DNA of 64,000 nucleotides from NCBI GenBank assembly GCA_038867615.1, contig JAWBYA010000004.1, positions 163,323 through 227,322 on the forward strand, given 5' to 3'. The notes under the pieces are model-generated. The model saw only the letters and a list, made by a program, of their open reading frames with translations. It had not been told where the DNA came from and searched no databases. Positions 10,959 through 21,979 of this stretch are shown here, one piece after another (position 1 is the stretch's first letter; every line of letters begins with the position of its first letter). Position numbers and translations under genes: made by a program. Source of the stretch: Sulfolobales archaeon. Lineage in GTDB: Archaea; Thermoproteota; Thermoprotei_A; Sulfolobales; AG1.

Positions 10959-11837
10959 ATGATGAGAACCAAGCTCAGATGTGCTAGGTGCGGCAAGAGT
11001 GCGGTGTATCTCGCAAGAACATCTGGGGAGCCTCTATGCTTAAGATGCCTTGAGAAGAGCCTTGTGAAAAGTGTTAGGAGAGTCCTTGGGAAATATGCTA
11101 AGCTAGCCCCAGGCACGCCTATCATCGTGGCAGAACCCTTAATTGCTAAACCGTGGCTTTGCTCCTCATACAAGATTCTATTGAAGGCTGTTAGGAGCCA
11201 TAGAAATAGAATAGTTGTGATTGGGTATGGAGGCGAATGTCCTGCCCATGATCGCATAGATCGTGTTATATGGCTAGGCAGAGAGGAGATCTTAGAGGCC
11301 TGTAAGCATCATAACAACCAACATGATAGAGCTACTTGCCTCTATAGGGCTGAATACCTCTCAGGAACCATGGTAGCTGAGAAGCTAGGTATAAATACAG
11401 TACTTCTTATGAGGCCGAGGGATTTGTGCTCATTAATAGGGGTAGTTGGCATCATAGCAATGAGCCTGTCTCTGGCTGTTGAATCACTCCCATTTAGGAG
11501 AACGCATACCGGGATCCAGGTTATCAATCCTCTCTATGGAGTTGGTTCTCAAGATCTGATCGCACATGCTTTTTCCCTAAACCTCGTTAAAGAGGATCTC
11601 TCATGCAACTCTACATTAGATCTCGAGGGACTCCCGGGCTATACCGATATACAGTCAATATATATGCACTCAAGCGAGATGATATATAGCTCTTCAGAGG
11701 CTATTAGAGAGATCTTCGATAAAATACCGGGACCCAAGTGTCCTTTATGCAACACACCAACTGAGGGGGGTGGTTATTGCTATATATGTTCATCTCTCCT
11801 TCCTCTTCTTAAGAAGCTCCTTGACACTACTAGATAG
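10959..11837 (+). CDS. TtuA/NcsA (Ctu1)-like protein with zinc fingers at both ends and no recognisable PP-loop
   Basis: N-terminal CxxC-x-CxxC, C-terminal CxxC-x-CxxC and 'VINPL' core. The SGGKDS position reads AEPLIA. Confidence 0.6.
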   Translation: MMRTKLRCARCGKSAVYLARTSGEPLCLRCLEKSLVKSVRRVLGKYAKLAPGTPIIVAEPLIAKPWLCSSYKILLKAVRSHRNRIVVIGYGGECPAHDRIDRVIWLGREEILEACKHHNNQHDRATCLYRAEYLSGTMVAEKLGINTVLLMRPRDLCSLIGVVGIIAMSLSLAVESLPFRRTHTGIQVINPLYGVGSQDLIAHAFSLNLVKEDLSCNSTLDLEGLPGYTDIQSIYMHSSEMIYSSSEAIREIFDKIPGPKCPLCNTPTEGGGYCYICSSLLPLLKKLLDTTR

Positions 11838-12053
11838 GTTTATACATCCAGCACCCTTCTCCAATATATTTTTCTTTATCAGGGAATCAATAACCCTAAG
11901 AGGATCATTGATCCTGTGTATCAGCTTGAGCTCCTTCACAGCAAGTATCTCCCCCACGGAGAGATTCTTCCTGAAATACTCGAACACAACACGTTCCTCA
12001 TGATCCAGGCTCTCTAATATTCTCTCCAACTCTGAAGACACAACCGCCCCCAC
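11790..12053 (-). CDS. PolB1-binding protein PBP2 family (winged helix)
   Basis: EYFxxNLSVGEILAVKEL...DPLRVIDSLIKKNILEKGxGCINL matches the crenarchaeal PBP2 pattern. Confidence 0.8.
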   Translation of the reverse strand: MGAVVSSELERILESLDHEERVVFEYFRKNLSVGEILAVKELKLIHRINDPLRVIDSLIKKNILEKGAGCINLSSSVKELLKKRKER

Positions 12054-12182
12054 ATTAATATTAATGAATTGTAGTTATTTTATATGAGCCGGAGAACACG
12101 ACGATAAGCTAAATGATTCGAAAAATAATATTTAAAAGCTTATTAACAAAAATTCTTATTGATAGATAGTGGTGTGTAATAC

Positions 12183-12635
12183 ATGTCGGAAGTAGACGAA
12201 AAAGATCTAAAAATATTGGAGGTACTCCAAGAAGAGGGTGGCATAACATTCGTGGAACTGGGAAAAAGGCTTAACATGAGCCCCTCAACAGCCTATATAC
12301 GGGTTAGAAGGCTCAAACAAATGGGGCTTATAAAGAAAGTGGTATCGATAATAGATTACCAGAGACTAGGCTATAAGGTAAGAGCCTTCATATTTGTTAA
12401 AGTGGAGCCTAAGAAGCTTGAACAAGTTGCTAAAGAACTATCGGAGGTAGATAATATATTACAGATCCAGGATATAACGGGAGAGCCTTCCCTACTAGTA
12501 CAAGTTATAGCAAGGGATAACGAACACCTAGCACAGATACTCGATCACATAGGCAAGATAGAGGGAGTCTTGTCGACAAACACTATGATAGCCCTGAGAA
12601 CCCTTAAGGAAAGCTATAGGATAAAGCTAACGTGA
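12183..12635 (+). CDS. Lrp/AsnC family transcriptional regulator
   Basis: DEKDLKIL...ELGKRLNMSPST HTH plus RAM domain (ITGE). Confidence 0.95.
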   Translation: MSEVDEKDLKILEVLQEEGGITFVELGKRLNMSPSTAYIRVRRLKQMGLIKKVVSIIDYQRLGYKVRAFIFVKVEPKKLEQVAKELSEVDNILQIQDITGEPSLLVQVIARDNEHLAQILDHIGKIEGVLSTNTMIALRTLKESYRIKLT

Positions 12636-12725
12636 TGCAAAGGCCTAAACCCTTTTTAGCCTCAAGACCCCTGTCATCTGGATATGGATATTGCTGCTTA
12701 GCGTTCTAAGCGGTTAAAAGCAATC

Positions 12726-13268
12726 CTACCTAAACTCGAATTTTATCCTCTCGTATCCCGGTGCTGTGTCGCCCCTGCTTCCCCTAATTACTATAACATT
12801 ACCTATGATAGTTACCTCCCCGCCCATTATAACCTCTATTATTCTCGAAGATCTCGGAAAAACCCAGTATGCCGAGTAATCATACTCAAATACGTCGGGT
12901 TCGTATCTATTCTCATAAACATTAATCCCCCTTCTAATCTCAGCCTCAATAAGTATTAGGAACGCTATAAAGGGTCTACCCAGATCCCCCCTGAACCCTA
13001 TATCGGTAAAGACCACCTCTGGCCTGGCTGGCGAGCCGTTAACCGTGGTCTCTTCCTCGTCTAGGTATTCCTGCATGTTGCCCATCAACTTCTCGATCTC
13101 CTCCCTCTTTAGATCATAGTTGCCCAGGATCTCTCTGTAATACCCCATAGGATCTATATAGTCGAAGATAAGCGTATACGCTATACCGCTTCTGGATACA
13201 TTAAACACAGCTGTAGCATATACAGGCTTAACCATTTTTGACGCTATCTCTAACTCCTCTTTACCCAT
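12726..13268 (-). CDS. Conserved hypothetical protein
   Basis: 180-aa ORF overlapping the upstream methyltransferase stop; typical codon usage. Confidence 0.7.
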   Translation of the reverse strand: MGKEELEIASKMVKPVYATAVFNVSRSGIAYTLIFDYIDPMGYYREILGNYDLKREEIEKLMGNMQEYLDEEETTVNGSPARPEVVFTDIGFRGDLGRPFIAFLILIEAEIRRGINVYENRYEPDVFEYDYSAYWVFPRSSRIIEVIMGGEVTIIGNVIVIRGSRGDTAPGYERIKFEFR

Positions 13269-14107
13269 ATGTCGAGCACCACCTGGTATTTTCTTGGACC
13301 AACGCTGCGTACTATCCTTCTACCCTCTATGCTATATTTAGCCACATCTCTATTACTCTTGATCGTTTCTCTATAGGTTTTCTCAACCTGCTCCAATGCC
13401 TCTAGCTTGTTTCTCGCCTTGGTGAATTCATATACATGTATATATCCCTCCATATCTATAGCCCCCAACGCCTTTGGGAATGCTTTGAGGGCTAGCTCTG
13501 GGAGTGGTAATAAGACTCTCTGCGCGCTATTACTATACCTATCGATTATCTCGAGCGCGTCTCCCTTAATAGGGATAACTACTCCCTGAACCTTGTTGAG
13601 CTCTATGTTCTCTAGCATTAACCTATATGCTTCTTCGTTAATATCTATAGATATAACCCTAGCTGGTTTCGCGAACTTTGCTATTATTATTGAGAAGAGA
13701 CCTGCGCCAGCGAACATATTGATTATATTCTCTCCCGGCTTAACGAGCCTGGCTATTCTTATATGTTCGTAGCTAAGCCTGGGCGATATGTAGATCCTAG
13801 CTATATCTACTTTAAATACACATCCGTGTTCTCTATACAGGGTCTCGGTTCTCTTCTCGCCGGCTAGCCATTCAAGTCTTCTTAGCCTATAGCTCCCCTC
13901 AACGGGGGAAATGGCTGCCCATACTGATTTGAGCCAGTTCAGTTTTTTGAGCATCTCTCCAGCAAGGATCCTTAGATCCTCTATCTCTATGCTAGGGGGT
14001 TTTCTTATAACAGCTATGTCTCCCACAATATCGAGACCGCTCCACACGAGGTTAGCCTTCTCTTCCCCAAGAATCTCTTTTGCTATCTCTCTAACAAGCC
14101 TCACCAT
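13250..14107 (-). CDS. Trm5/Taw2 (Met-10+) family tRNA SAM-dependent transferase
   Basis: DIVGDIAV, YREHGCVF, SPRLSYEH and MFAGAG motif I. Confidence 0.9.
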   Translation of the reverse strand: MVRLVREIAKEILGEEKANLVWSGLDIVGDIAVIRKPPSIEIEDLRILAGEMLKKLNWLKSVWAAISPVEGSYRLRRLEWLAGEKRTETLYREHGCVFKVDIARIYISPRLSYEHIRIARLVKPGENIINMFAGAGLFSIIIAKFAKPARVISIDINEEAYRLMLENIELNKVQGVVIPIKGDALEIIDRYSNSAQRVLLPLPELALKAFPKALGAIDMEGYIHVYEFTKARNKLEALEQVEKTYRETIKSNRDVAKYSIEGRRIVRSVGPRKYQVVLDIWVKRS

Positions 14108-14119
14108 ACAGAAGCCCTT

Positions 14120-14806
14120 CTATCCGGGGATCCCCCTCTTAAGATCCTCCAACCTATTTATAAGCTCTCTTTTCGTGATAGTCTCCGCTAACAGTACCTC
14201 CAGATCCTCTATAGATCTTCTCATAACATCAACCTTATGCCTGAACCCAGGCACTAGGGAGTCTGGGTAATCCAGATACTTAACCCAAGAGTATATATCC
14301 TTCATTATCTTCACAAAAGCCTCTGCATCCTCCACTCTCCACTCAGCAATGAGGTTAACAGCATGCCTCTTAATCTCACCCGTAAGATCTCCTATGGCTA
14401 GTAATCTCGCCTCTGGCGGCGCCTCTTCTATGCAATACCTGGCTAGAGAGTCCTCCACCTTTCCACCTATAACTGCTAAGAGATATATTGCCTCACAATA
14501 CTCTATGAACGCCTGTAACGGCAGCCCATATCTTATGAGATCCTCCTCATTCTTAGAAACCCTCACCAAGTTCTCTACATGGGATGCACAGCTATTTATC
14601 TCTGCAACAGCTTTAGATAGATCCATAGCGTTTAGATAGGTAACAGCCCTGCCCGAGCATCTTATCACTTCCCTTGACAGCCTGAAGATCTCCTCCCTAA
14701 TCCTATCCCTTTTATCTATCATCGCTACTGCACGCTCGATCTCGGATTTTAGCCAGTTAGCAATGCTGGTAGTTTCGCCCATACATCTCCTCTGGTAATA
14801 TATCAT
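14120..14806 (-). CDS. Translin/C3PO family protein
   Basis: RExIxxxSRExIRxS, EYCEA, GDLTGEIKR and LVPGFRHKVD motifs. Confidence 0.88.
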   Translation of the reverse strand: MIYYQRRCMGETTSIANWLKSEIERAVAMIDKRDRIREEIFRLSREVIRCSGRAVTYLNAMDLSKAVAEINSCASHVENLVRVSKNEEDLIRYGLPLQAFIEYCEAIYLLAVIGGKVEDSLARYCIEEAPPEARLLAIGDLTGEIKRHAVNLIAEWRVEDAEAFVKIMKDIYSWVKYLDYPDSLVPGFRHKVDVMRRSIEDLEVLLAETITKRELINRLEDLKRGIPG

Positions 14807-15053
14807 ACCTCCCTAATCTATATGCTAGATATTTCCAGTAATAGCGTAATCAATCACCCATCATTTTCTGCTAGGTTGCCTATCTCTTTCTAAGATTTAT
14901 TGAAGACCTAATCTGCGGATCTAAACTTGAGCCTAGTAGAGACAGAGGATCTTTTCGGAGCTAGGGAATAATCTAAAACCCGCAGAGGGGTGGCTAAGGG
15001 AAACGCGGTATCTCCTAACACTAAATCAAATCTGCGTGATCATGATGCGAGCT

Positions 15054-16697
15054 TTAGCTATGCTTAGATGTTTTTCTATAAACTATCCTACCCTCTATCA
15101 TCGTGTATAGGGGCTTTATTTCCAACAACTCCTTGGGATCCTTTACACCTAAGAGATCTCTATCCCAGATCACCAGATCTGCAAGTTTTCCAGGCTCTAT
15201 GCTGCCTATCAGATCCTCCATGCCTAGGCACTTGGCAGCCTCTGAGGTGTATGTTGCGAGGGCTTGCTCGATACTGATCATCTCTCTCGGGTTAACCTCA
15301 AGACCCTTGAAGCTCAGCCTCGATACTGATGCATATAACCCATACCTTGGTGGGTAGGGGATCACGGGTGCGTCTGAGCCGTTACACACAGTAAGTCCTT
15401 TCTCAACCATGCTTTTTACAGGGAGTATTTTGTTATACATATCCTCGTCGAGGTTCTTGTAATAGGCGTCTGCTAGGAAGTATATGAAGCCGCTCTGGAT
15501 CTCTGCAAAACCCCCTATCGATCTCAGCCTCTCTATATGATCCTCCCTCGGAAGCATGAAATGGATCACAGTATACCTACTCCCAGAGGCTCCATATCTT
15601 CTCACAGCCTGCTCGTAAGCCGCTATGGTTTCCTCTATAGCTATATCCCCGATCGCATGAACACTGACCATATACCCCCTGGAGGATGCCTCAAGCACCA
15701 TCTCCCTAAACTCGTTTATATCAAGCGTCGGCAAACCCTTATTCCCCGGAGAACCCTTATAATCCCTAGAGATCCAGGCTGTTTTTGTTGATAGAGCGCC
15801 GTCCAGTATCACCTTTATCCCCGGTACTCTAAGCCAGCTATCCTGGGTTTTCTCAATGAATCTATAGCCTTCCCTCAGCTCATCCATACTCTGTGCCCAG
15901 TATAGAGCGACTATCCTCAGGATCTGGGCTCCTCTTCTCCTCACCTCTTGATAAGCCCTTATAATGTCTCCTGAATAGCCATAGGCTGTGGGATCCTTGA
16001 CAGCTGTAACCCCTTCAGAAACCCACTCCCTCATAGCATGTGTTATAGCCTCTACCCATTCATCCATACCGGGCTTCGGGATAATCCTAGCCACAAGATC
16101 TATCGCTGGTTTTTCGGCAAGCACACCTGTTGGTACGCCTCTCTCGTCTCTCTCAATAACGCCTCCCACAGGATCTCTAGTCCTCTCGTTAATACCAGCA
16201 AGCTCTAGCGCCACGCTGTTTGCCACAGCCATGTGTCCCGAGGTATGCCATAGAAACACCGGATGGCTTTCTGTTGCTTGGTCTAGATCCCATCTTGTTG
16301 GTAGTCTACCTTCTGGGTATAGTGCGTGGTTCCACCCCCTACCAAGGATCCACTCGCCTTTTTTCCTCCTACCCGCATATTCTTTAACAACCTCGACGAG
16401 CCTTTTAATACTATCTACCTTAGGGTAGCTGAGATCAATATACCTAGTGCTATAAAGCCCCCACATTGCTAGATGCGCGTGGGTATCTATAAGCCCGGGT
16501 GTTATTGAGAGGGCCTTGGCTTCTATGACCTCTGTTCCAGATCCTATATATTTCTTTGCCCCCTCGACCGAGCCGACATATATTATTCTTCCACCCTTGA
16601 TCACAACAGCCTCAGCAACACTCCTCCTAGCATTAAATGTATAGACCCTACCCCCTAGGATTGCTAGGTCAGCATGCTCATACATGCTAGATACCAC
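15054..16697 (-). CDS. Amidohydrolase 3 (YtcJ-like)
   Basis: PGLIDTHAH, GHMAVANS, KVILDG, HAIGD, GSDAP and GSIEPGKLAD motifs. Confidence 0.93.
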   Translation of the reverse strand: MVSSMYEHADLAILGGRVYTFNARRSVAEAVVIKGGRIIYVGSVEGAKKYIGSGTEVIEAKALSITPGLIDTHAHLAMWGLYSTRYIDLSYPKVDSIKRLVEVVKEYAGRRKKGEWILGRGWNHALYPEGRLPTRWDLDQATESHPVFLWHTSGHMAVANSVALELAGINERTRDPVGGVIERDERGVPTGVLAEKPAIDLVARIIPKPGMDEWVEAITHAMREWVSEGVTAVKDPTAYGYSGDIIRAYQEVRRRGAQILRIVALYWAQSMDELREGYRFIEKTQDSWLRVPGIKVILDGALSTKTAWISRDYKGSPGNKGLPTLDINEFREMVLEASSRGYMVSVHAIGDIAIEETIAAYEQAVRRYGASGSRYTVIHFMLPREDHIERLRSIGGFAEIQSGFIYFLADAYYKNLDEDMYNKILPVKSMVEKGLTVCNGSDAPVIPYPPRYGLYASVSRLSFKGLEVNPREMISIEQALATYTSEAAKCLGMEDLIGSIEPGKLADLVIWDRDLLGVKDPKELLEIKPLYTMIEGRIVYRKTSKHS

Positions 16698-16739
16698 CCA
16701 AGGAGAAATCCTTTTTTACCAATAAAAATAGGGATAATA

Positions 16740-17756
16740 TTGTCCAGCAGATGTGTAGGTGTTGAGGATACTTATAGTGAATATATAAGGGTTGTCTTTC
16801 CTAGGCACGCTAACCCGGCTGGTTTTCTTTACGGAGGATATATGCTTAACTGGATAGTAGATTCAGGCGTAATCGGTATCTTAAAAACAATAGGCAAGGA
16901 GGCAGTGCTTGGGTATATGGATAATGTCTATTTCATAAACCCCGTGACTATCGGTAGTATGCTTATATACAGGTCATGGATTGCCAGAGCTGGAAGAAGC
17001 TCTCTCGATATATACACAGAGATCATTAGCTATTATAGAAAAACCAACGAGTATAAGATCGTTGCCGCGGCGAAATCTATCTACGTGTGTGTCGATCAGA
17101 ACGGGAGGCCAGAGCCCCACGGGCTATGTATAGAGGGTAGAGAGAGCTGGGGGAAAAAGCTGACAGAATATATGGATAAGTGGCATGAAAAAGCACTCGC
17201 CGCTATTGAGAAGGCTAAGAGTAGTATGGGTGAGGCTAAGGGTAGGCTCTTGAGACACCACCTGAGAACTGTTAGGAGGGTTAGTAGCGAGGATACCATG
17301 ACCTCGAATATGATGTATGCTGGGAGACTCATGCTGATACTAGACGAGGCGGCAGGTATTATTGCAAGCCAGTATGCAGGATCGAGGGTTGTAACAGCAT
17401 CTGTTGATCAGATGATATTTACCAGCCCGATCAAGGTTGGTGACATTATAGAAACCAGCGCTTCGCTTACACGGACCTGGAGAACCTCTATGGAGATCGA
17501 AGTGACTGTAAAGGGATCCGAGGGTTCGGATAGCATAAAAACGAGATCCTACTTCACCTTCGTCAAAATAGACAACCTAGGACGGCCAGAACCCTTAAAA
17601 CCATACGAGCCGGTCACGCCAGAAGAGGTTGAGGCATGGGAAGAAGCTGATTTCAGAAGAAAGTCCAGGATCGAGGATCTTGAGAAAATATCGAGATACA
17701 AAGGGCTCCCCATCAACTATGACAGAGACTATAAAGCTCCCTATTTGCCAGTGTAG
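16740..17756 (+). CDS. Double-hotdog acyl-CoA thioesterase
   Basis: Two hotdog repeats (HANPAGFLYGG; MYAGRLM...VTASVD). Start placed at TTG 16740. Confidence 0.88.
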   Translation: MSSRCVGVEDTYSEYIRVVFPRHANPAGFLYGGYMLNWIVDSGVIGILKTIGKEAVLGYMDNVYFINPVTIGSMLIYRSWIARAGRSSLDIYTEIISYYRKTNEYKIVAAAKSIYVCVDQNGRPEPHGLCIEGRESWGKKLTEYMDKWHEKALAAIEKAKSSMGEAKGRLLRHHLRTVRRVSSEDTMTSNMMYAGRLMLILDEAAGIIASQYAGSRVVTASVDQMIFTSPIKVGDIIETSASLTRTWRTSMEIEVTVKGSEGSDSIKTRSYFTFVKIDNLGRPEPLKPYEPVTPEEVEAWEEADFRRKSRIEDLEKISRYKGLPINYDRDYKAPYLPV

Positions 17757-18009
17757 CATGCGATCGTATGTCTATAACCTAGACGCCTCTCAACACCAGC
17801 ACGATTCAGTAATAATGAGCCTGCTAGGAGCCTCCCATCTCTATAGTGGTATAACAGTTAATGGTGATGCTTTCTAAGCCGTGTTTAGCGATTGTCTATC
17901 TCAACCTATAACAGCTGGGAAAAAATGAAGCTCTGTTATAGAACTATCTATAAAGGCTCTCTAAATATCTAGGTAATCTCGTCTAGAGGGAATAAGTTAG
18001 GGTTGCTTA

Positions 18010-18333
18010 TTATCTCTGCTGGCTTCTTATCATCTCTGCCTCTATATAGACATCCTGAGGGACTCTTATCCTCATGATCTGCCTCATAACCCTCTCATCG
18101 GCTGCTATGTCGACAAGCCTCTTATGTATCCTCATCTCCCACTTCTCATAAACCTTAGTACCCTCGCCATGCGGTAGTCTTAACAGTGGTACCACGAGCC
18201 TTTTTACAGGCAGTGGTACAGGCCCTCTAACCTCTACCCCGGCTTTTTTAGCGATCTCTACTATCTGGCCTGCTACATAGTCAACGTTGGAGGAGCTTGT
18301 TCCCCAGATCCTTATCCTCACCCTCATGCTCAT
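18010..18333 (-). CDS. rpsJ: 30S ribosomal protein S10 (uS10)
   Basis: RGPVPLP, PHGEG and EMRIHKRL motifs; directly downstream of EF-1alpha. Confidence 0.98.
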   Translation of the reverse strand: MSMRVRIRIWGTSSSNVDYVAGQIVEIAKKAGVEVRGPVPLPVKRLVVPLLRLPHGEGTKVYEKWEMRIHKRLVDIAADERVMRQIMRIRVPQDVYIEAEMIRSQQR

Positions 18334-18360
18334 GGCGATGCCCAGCCGCCTTTACTGTTT

Positions 18361-19665
18361 TCACTTAATCTCTGCTGGTTTTACATCTATTATTGTACCT
18401 ATCCCTATGGTCTTACCCATATCCCTCATAGCGAATCTTCCGAGCTGTGGTATCTCTGAGTATTTCTCAACAACGAGGGGCTTTATAGGCTTGAACCTAA
18501 CTATCGCTATATCTCCTGCCTTTATGAACTGCGGGTTCTTCTCAACCACCTGACCTGTCCTTGGATCCAGCTTTCCAACGATCTCAACTATTCTGCATGC
18601 CACAGATGCTGTGTGCGCATGAACCACTGGTGTGTATCCCACAGATATAGCTGATGGATGCCATAGTACGAACACTCTTGCAGTGAACTCGTCAGCTACC
18701 GTGGGCTTGTTGGTTACATGGCCGACCACATCTCCTCTCTTAACATCCTGCTTAGAAATACCTCTCACGTTGAATCCTATGTTATCTCCCGGCTCTGCCC
18801 TTTGTAATGGCTGATGATGCATCTCTATGCTCCTCACATCACCGCCCTTGTTTATAGGCATTATGACGACGTTATCACCAACCTTGAGTACTCCCGTCTC
18901 CACCCTACCTATGAGGACAGTACCGACACCGCTTATTGAGAGAGCCTCTGATATAGGAATTCTTAGAGGCTTGTCGACTGGCTTTTGCGGTACCTTGAAT
19001 GTGTCGAGGGCTTCTAGAAGGGTTGGGCCTTTATACCACTTCATATTCTCGCTCCTGGAGATGAGGTTATCGCCAAGCCATGCAGATACTGGGACGAACG
19101 GGATCTCGTCTACTTTGTAACCAAGACCCCTCATGATCTTCTTTAACCCGTCAACAATCTCCTTATATCTCTGCTCCGAAAACGGTGGTTCTGTGAGATC
19201 CATTTTGTTTATAGCAACAACCACCTGATCTATACCCATGGTTTTCGCTAAGGTTATATGCTCTCTTGTCTGTCCCTCAGGGCTTACACCAGCCTCATAC
19301 TCACCCTTCTTAGCTGATACCACAAGCAGTGCTGCATCAGCCTGGCTAGCACCAGTGATCATGTTCTTAACGAAATCCCTATGCCCGGGAGCATCTATTA
19401 TGGTGAAATAATACTTATTAGTCTCGAACCTAACGAAGCTAGGCTGTATAGTTACTCCTCTATCCCTCTCCTCCTTCATTCTGTCCAGGAGCCATGCAAA
19501 TTTCTCTGTCTCTTTACCCTTCTTCTTAGCCTCCTCCTCAACCTCCTTCTGCTGCTTCTCATCAATCTGTTTTAGCATTACTAGCAGATGACCCACTAGA
19601 GTGCTCTTACCATGGTCCACGTGACCCACTATCACCAGGTTTAGGTGAGGCTTCTGGCTCGACAT
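18361..19665 (-). CDS. tuf: Translation elongation factor EF-1alpha
   Basis: KPHLNLVIVGHVDHGKST, DAPGHRDF, NKMD and GRFAMRD motifs. Start set at ATG 19665. Confidence 0.98.
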   Translation of the reverse strand: MSSQKPHLNLVIVGHVDHGKSTLVGHLLVMLKQIDEKQQKEVEEEAKKKGKETEKFAWLLDRMKEERDRGVTIQPSFVRFETNKYYFTIIDAPGHRDFVKNMITGASQADAALLVVSAKKGEYEAGVSPEGQTREHITLAKTMGIDQVVVAINKMDLTEPPFSEQRYKEIVDGLKKIMRGLGYKVDEIPFVPVSAWLGDNLISRSENMKWYKGPTLLEALDTFKVPQKPVDKPLRIPISEALSISGVGTVLIGRVETGVLKVGDNVVIMPINKGGDVRSIEMHHQPLQRAEPGDNIGFNVRGISKQDVKRGDVVGHVTNKPTVADEFTARVFVLWHPSAISVGYTPVVHAHTASVACRIVEIVGKLDPRTGQVVEKNPQFIKAGDIAIVRFKPIKPLVVEKYSEIPQLGRFAMRDMGKTIGIGTIIDVKPAEIK

Positions 19666-19943
19666 CCTCTTAGCCCACCTACATATGGTTATCCACACAC
19701 CTTATAAGTATGATTATGCTATGCAAGCTACATGCCAAGAAGCCCTAACAAAATCCATACCGATATATAAAGACACGGCCACATAGCTATATTCCACAAA
19801 GAACAGAGCTACAGTGCGACAGATCTATGCAAATTTATTAACAACAACCATACTTCAAATTCTAATGCTAGACCACCGTGGGCGAAGTAATAGAATGCAT
19901 AGAGCATATTTACCTCATTATAAAATATATCAGTGGTGATTGA

Positions 19944-20285
19944 ATGGCTTCCCTCGAACTAATGAAAAAGACCGCCGAGATAGTAAACAGCGACCCAAAA
20001 CTAAAATCCCAGATGAAAGGACCTCTCTACATTCAATTCCAGATCGAGGGAGAACCCCCATTCTACATGGAAATCGCCTCCGACGGGACTGTAAAGATCG
20101 TTGAGGGAAAACACGGATCACCAGCGGTGACATTAATAGCTAAAGACGCTGTTATGGTGGGGATAATAAAAGGAGAACTAGATCCTGTGAGGGCTTATCT
20201 AAGAGGAGAGCTGAAGATCAGCGGAGACGTCTTCATAGCACAGAGAATAGGGTCGATATTATCACAGATCAAGGGACGCCTATAG
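19944..20285 (+). CDS. SCP2 sterol-binding domain protein
   Basis: GELDPVRAYLRGELKISGD signature. Confidence 0.9.
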   Translation: MASLELMKKTAEIVNSDPKLKSQMKGPLYIQFQIEGEPPFYMEIASDGTVKIVEGKHGSPAVTLIAKDAVMVGIIKGELDPVRAYLRGELKISGDVFIAQRIGSILSQIKGRL

Positions 20286-20339
20286 ATTCTTGCGACCATT
20301 TCCCAGAAATAGCGAAAATTTTTAAACAAGATAACCATG

Positions 20340-21887
20340 CTAGCGGATAGAGTTTATTAGAAATACCATACCAGATCTTACCAGGTATCTGAGCCTCTTT
20401 GACAGCAATATGGATATTAATATGTATAGAACGGCTGATATACCAACTCCAGGCAGTATCTTTACTATATCCCTCCAGAAGCTACTTATAACTATATCGC
20501 CTACACCGAGGAGCTTTAGCACATATGCTGACGGTAGTAGAGCTAGGAGAAACATCAATATATCTACCCACGGGATCTCCAGCTTGATCTTACTAATAGC
20601 TAGCCTATATACATAGAGTGTATATGGTATAACAGATACTAGGTATGATATGCTATAAGGAATTACAAGGATGACGGGATCCCTCACACCAGCAGAATAG
20701 ATCACAGCCTGTGTTACAGCAGCCGCTGAGACGCTTAGCACGAACCTCAGCATCTGGATAAGCGGTATCCTTCCTAAGGGGGTTCTTATAACATCATATA
20801 TGCTCTTTGAAGTCACATCAGCCCTTTCAGACCCCATAGCTATAGACTCAAATATAGCTGCATACCCAGCTATTAGCGCTTCTATCGATGCCATGATGAG
20901 CAATATATAGCCGCTGGCATACGAGGGGTTGAAGAAAGTTATTGCCGGGATAGAGAGTAGCGAGAGGGTGGCTGCAAAGAATATCGATACAAAGCTGTAG
21001 AGTATGATCATATCCATAGCATCCTGCTTGCTAGGATCCCTTAGCATTTTTGCGTATAAGCCGAGGGTAAAAGATCCTGGGGATATGATAAGCTTAGGTG
21101 TTGAAGAGACAGAGGCAAAGGCGGCCGGCAGGGTTGATGATGCTATTAGGCTCATTAAATACTTATCAAAGCTCGCAATAAACCCCGTTATAGCGCTTGG
21201 TAGGCTCAACACAGACAGTCTTAGCACATTAACAGCCTCTCTAAGGCTCTCCCCCAAGTTTCTCCCAATATTTAGTATTGCCACCCTAAGCGCTCCAGCT
21301 TTTAAAAGGATCATTATGCTTGCTATTGTGAGAACTATGCCAGCAAAACCGGGCCCAGCTATGGCTCCCACGATCCCGGAGCCCATACCTATTATAAGGG
21401 TATAGGTTAGGACAACCCTTAGTGTTTCGAACAAGAGCATGAGGTAGCCATATTTCTCAGGTGCGTAGAGAGTTATTAGGCTGGAGACAGGAACCAGGGG
21501 TGTTGTAAGCATATAGAATATTATTATTAAAACCGCGATTAGGAGCCCGTCACTTCTAGATCCTGCTAAAGGCATTACTATAAATATATAGAGAGGTATC
21601 GATATTACTAAATATAATAAGCTTAGGATCATAGATGCTCTAGGCGATATAGAGATACCTAGCACATGCCTCCTCGAACTCCAGAAGCTCCACACGCTGC
21701 TAGGCGTGTTTAAGGCGTTAGCCGTGTTCAGAGCAACTGAGTATAAGCCGTAGTCATTGGGGTCGAGTCTTCTTATAACTATAAGTGAGAATATTATCGA
21801 GGCTATGATCCTGTACATACTGGTTAGGAAGTTAACAAGAGCAGAGAGCCTAACCCTTATTCTCTGCCCAGCCGGGCTGCCCTCCAC
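20340..21887 (-). CDS. MOP-superfamily flippase-like membrane protein
   Basis: About 13-14 TM helices; N-terminal RRLDPNDYGLYS typical of Wzx/MATE-like proteins. Confidence 0.75.
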   Translation of the reverse strand: MEGSPAGQRIRVRLSALVNFLTSMYRIIASIIFSLIVIRRLDPNDYGLYSVALNTANALNTPSSVWSFWSSRRHVLGISISPRASMILSLLYLVISIPLYIFIVMPLAGSRSDGLLIAVLIIIFYMLTTPLVPVSSLITLYAPEKYGYLMLLFETLRVVLTYTLIIGMGSGIVGAIAGPGFAGIVLTIASIMILLKAGALRVAILNIGRNLGESLREAVNVLRLSVLSLPSAITGFIASFDKYLMSLIASSTLPAAFASVSSTPKLIISPGSFTLGLYAKMLRDPSKQDAMDMIILYSFVSIFFAATLSLLSIPAITFFNPSYASGYILLIMASIEALIAGYAAIFESIAMGSERADVTSKSIYDVIRTPLGRIPLIQMLRFVLSVSAAAVTQAVIYSAGVRDPVILVIPYSISYLVSVIPYTLYVYRLAISKIKLEIPWVDILMFLLALLPSAYVLKLLGVGDIVISSFWRDIVKILPGVGISAVLYILISILLSKRLRYLVRSGMVFLINSIR

Positions 21888-21979
21888 ATCATCCCACTAA
21901 AGGAATGCCCAGCAATGCTTATAAGGAAGCTTCGATAAGCATCTACGGTGGTTACACTGGAAATCAGGGTTCGAAAAAC

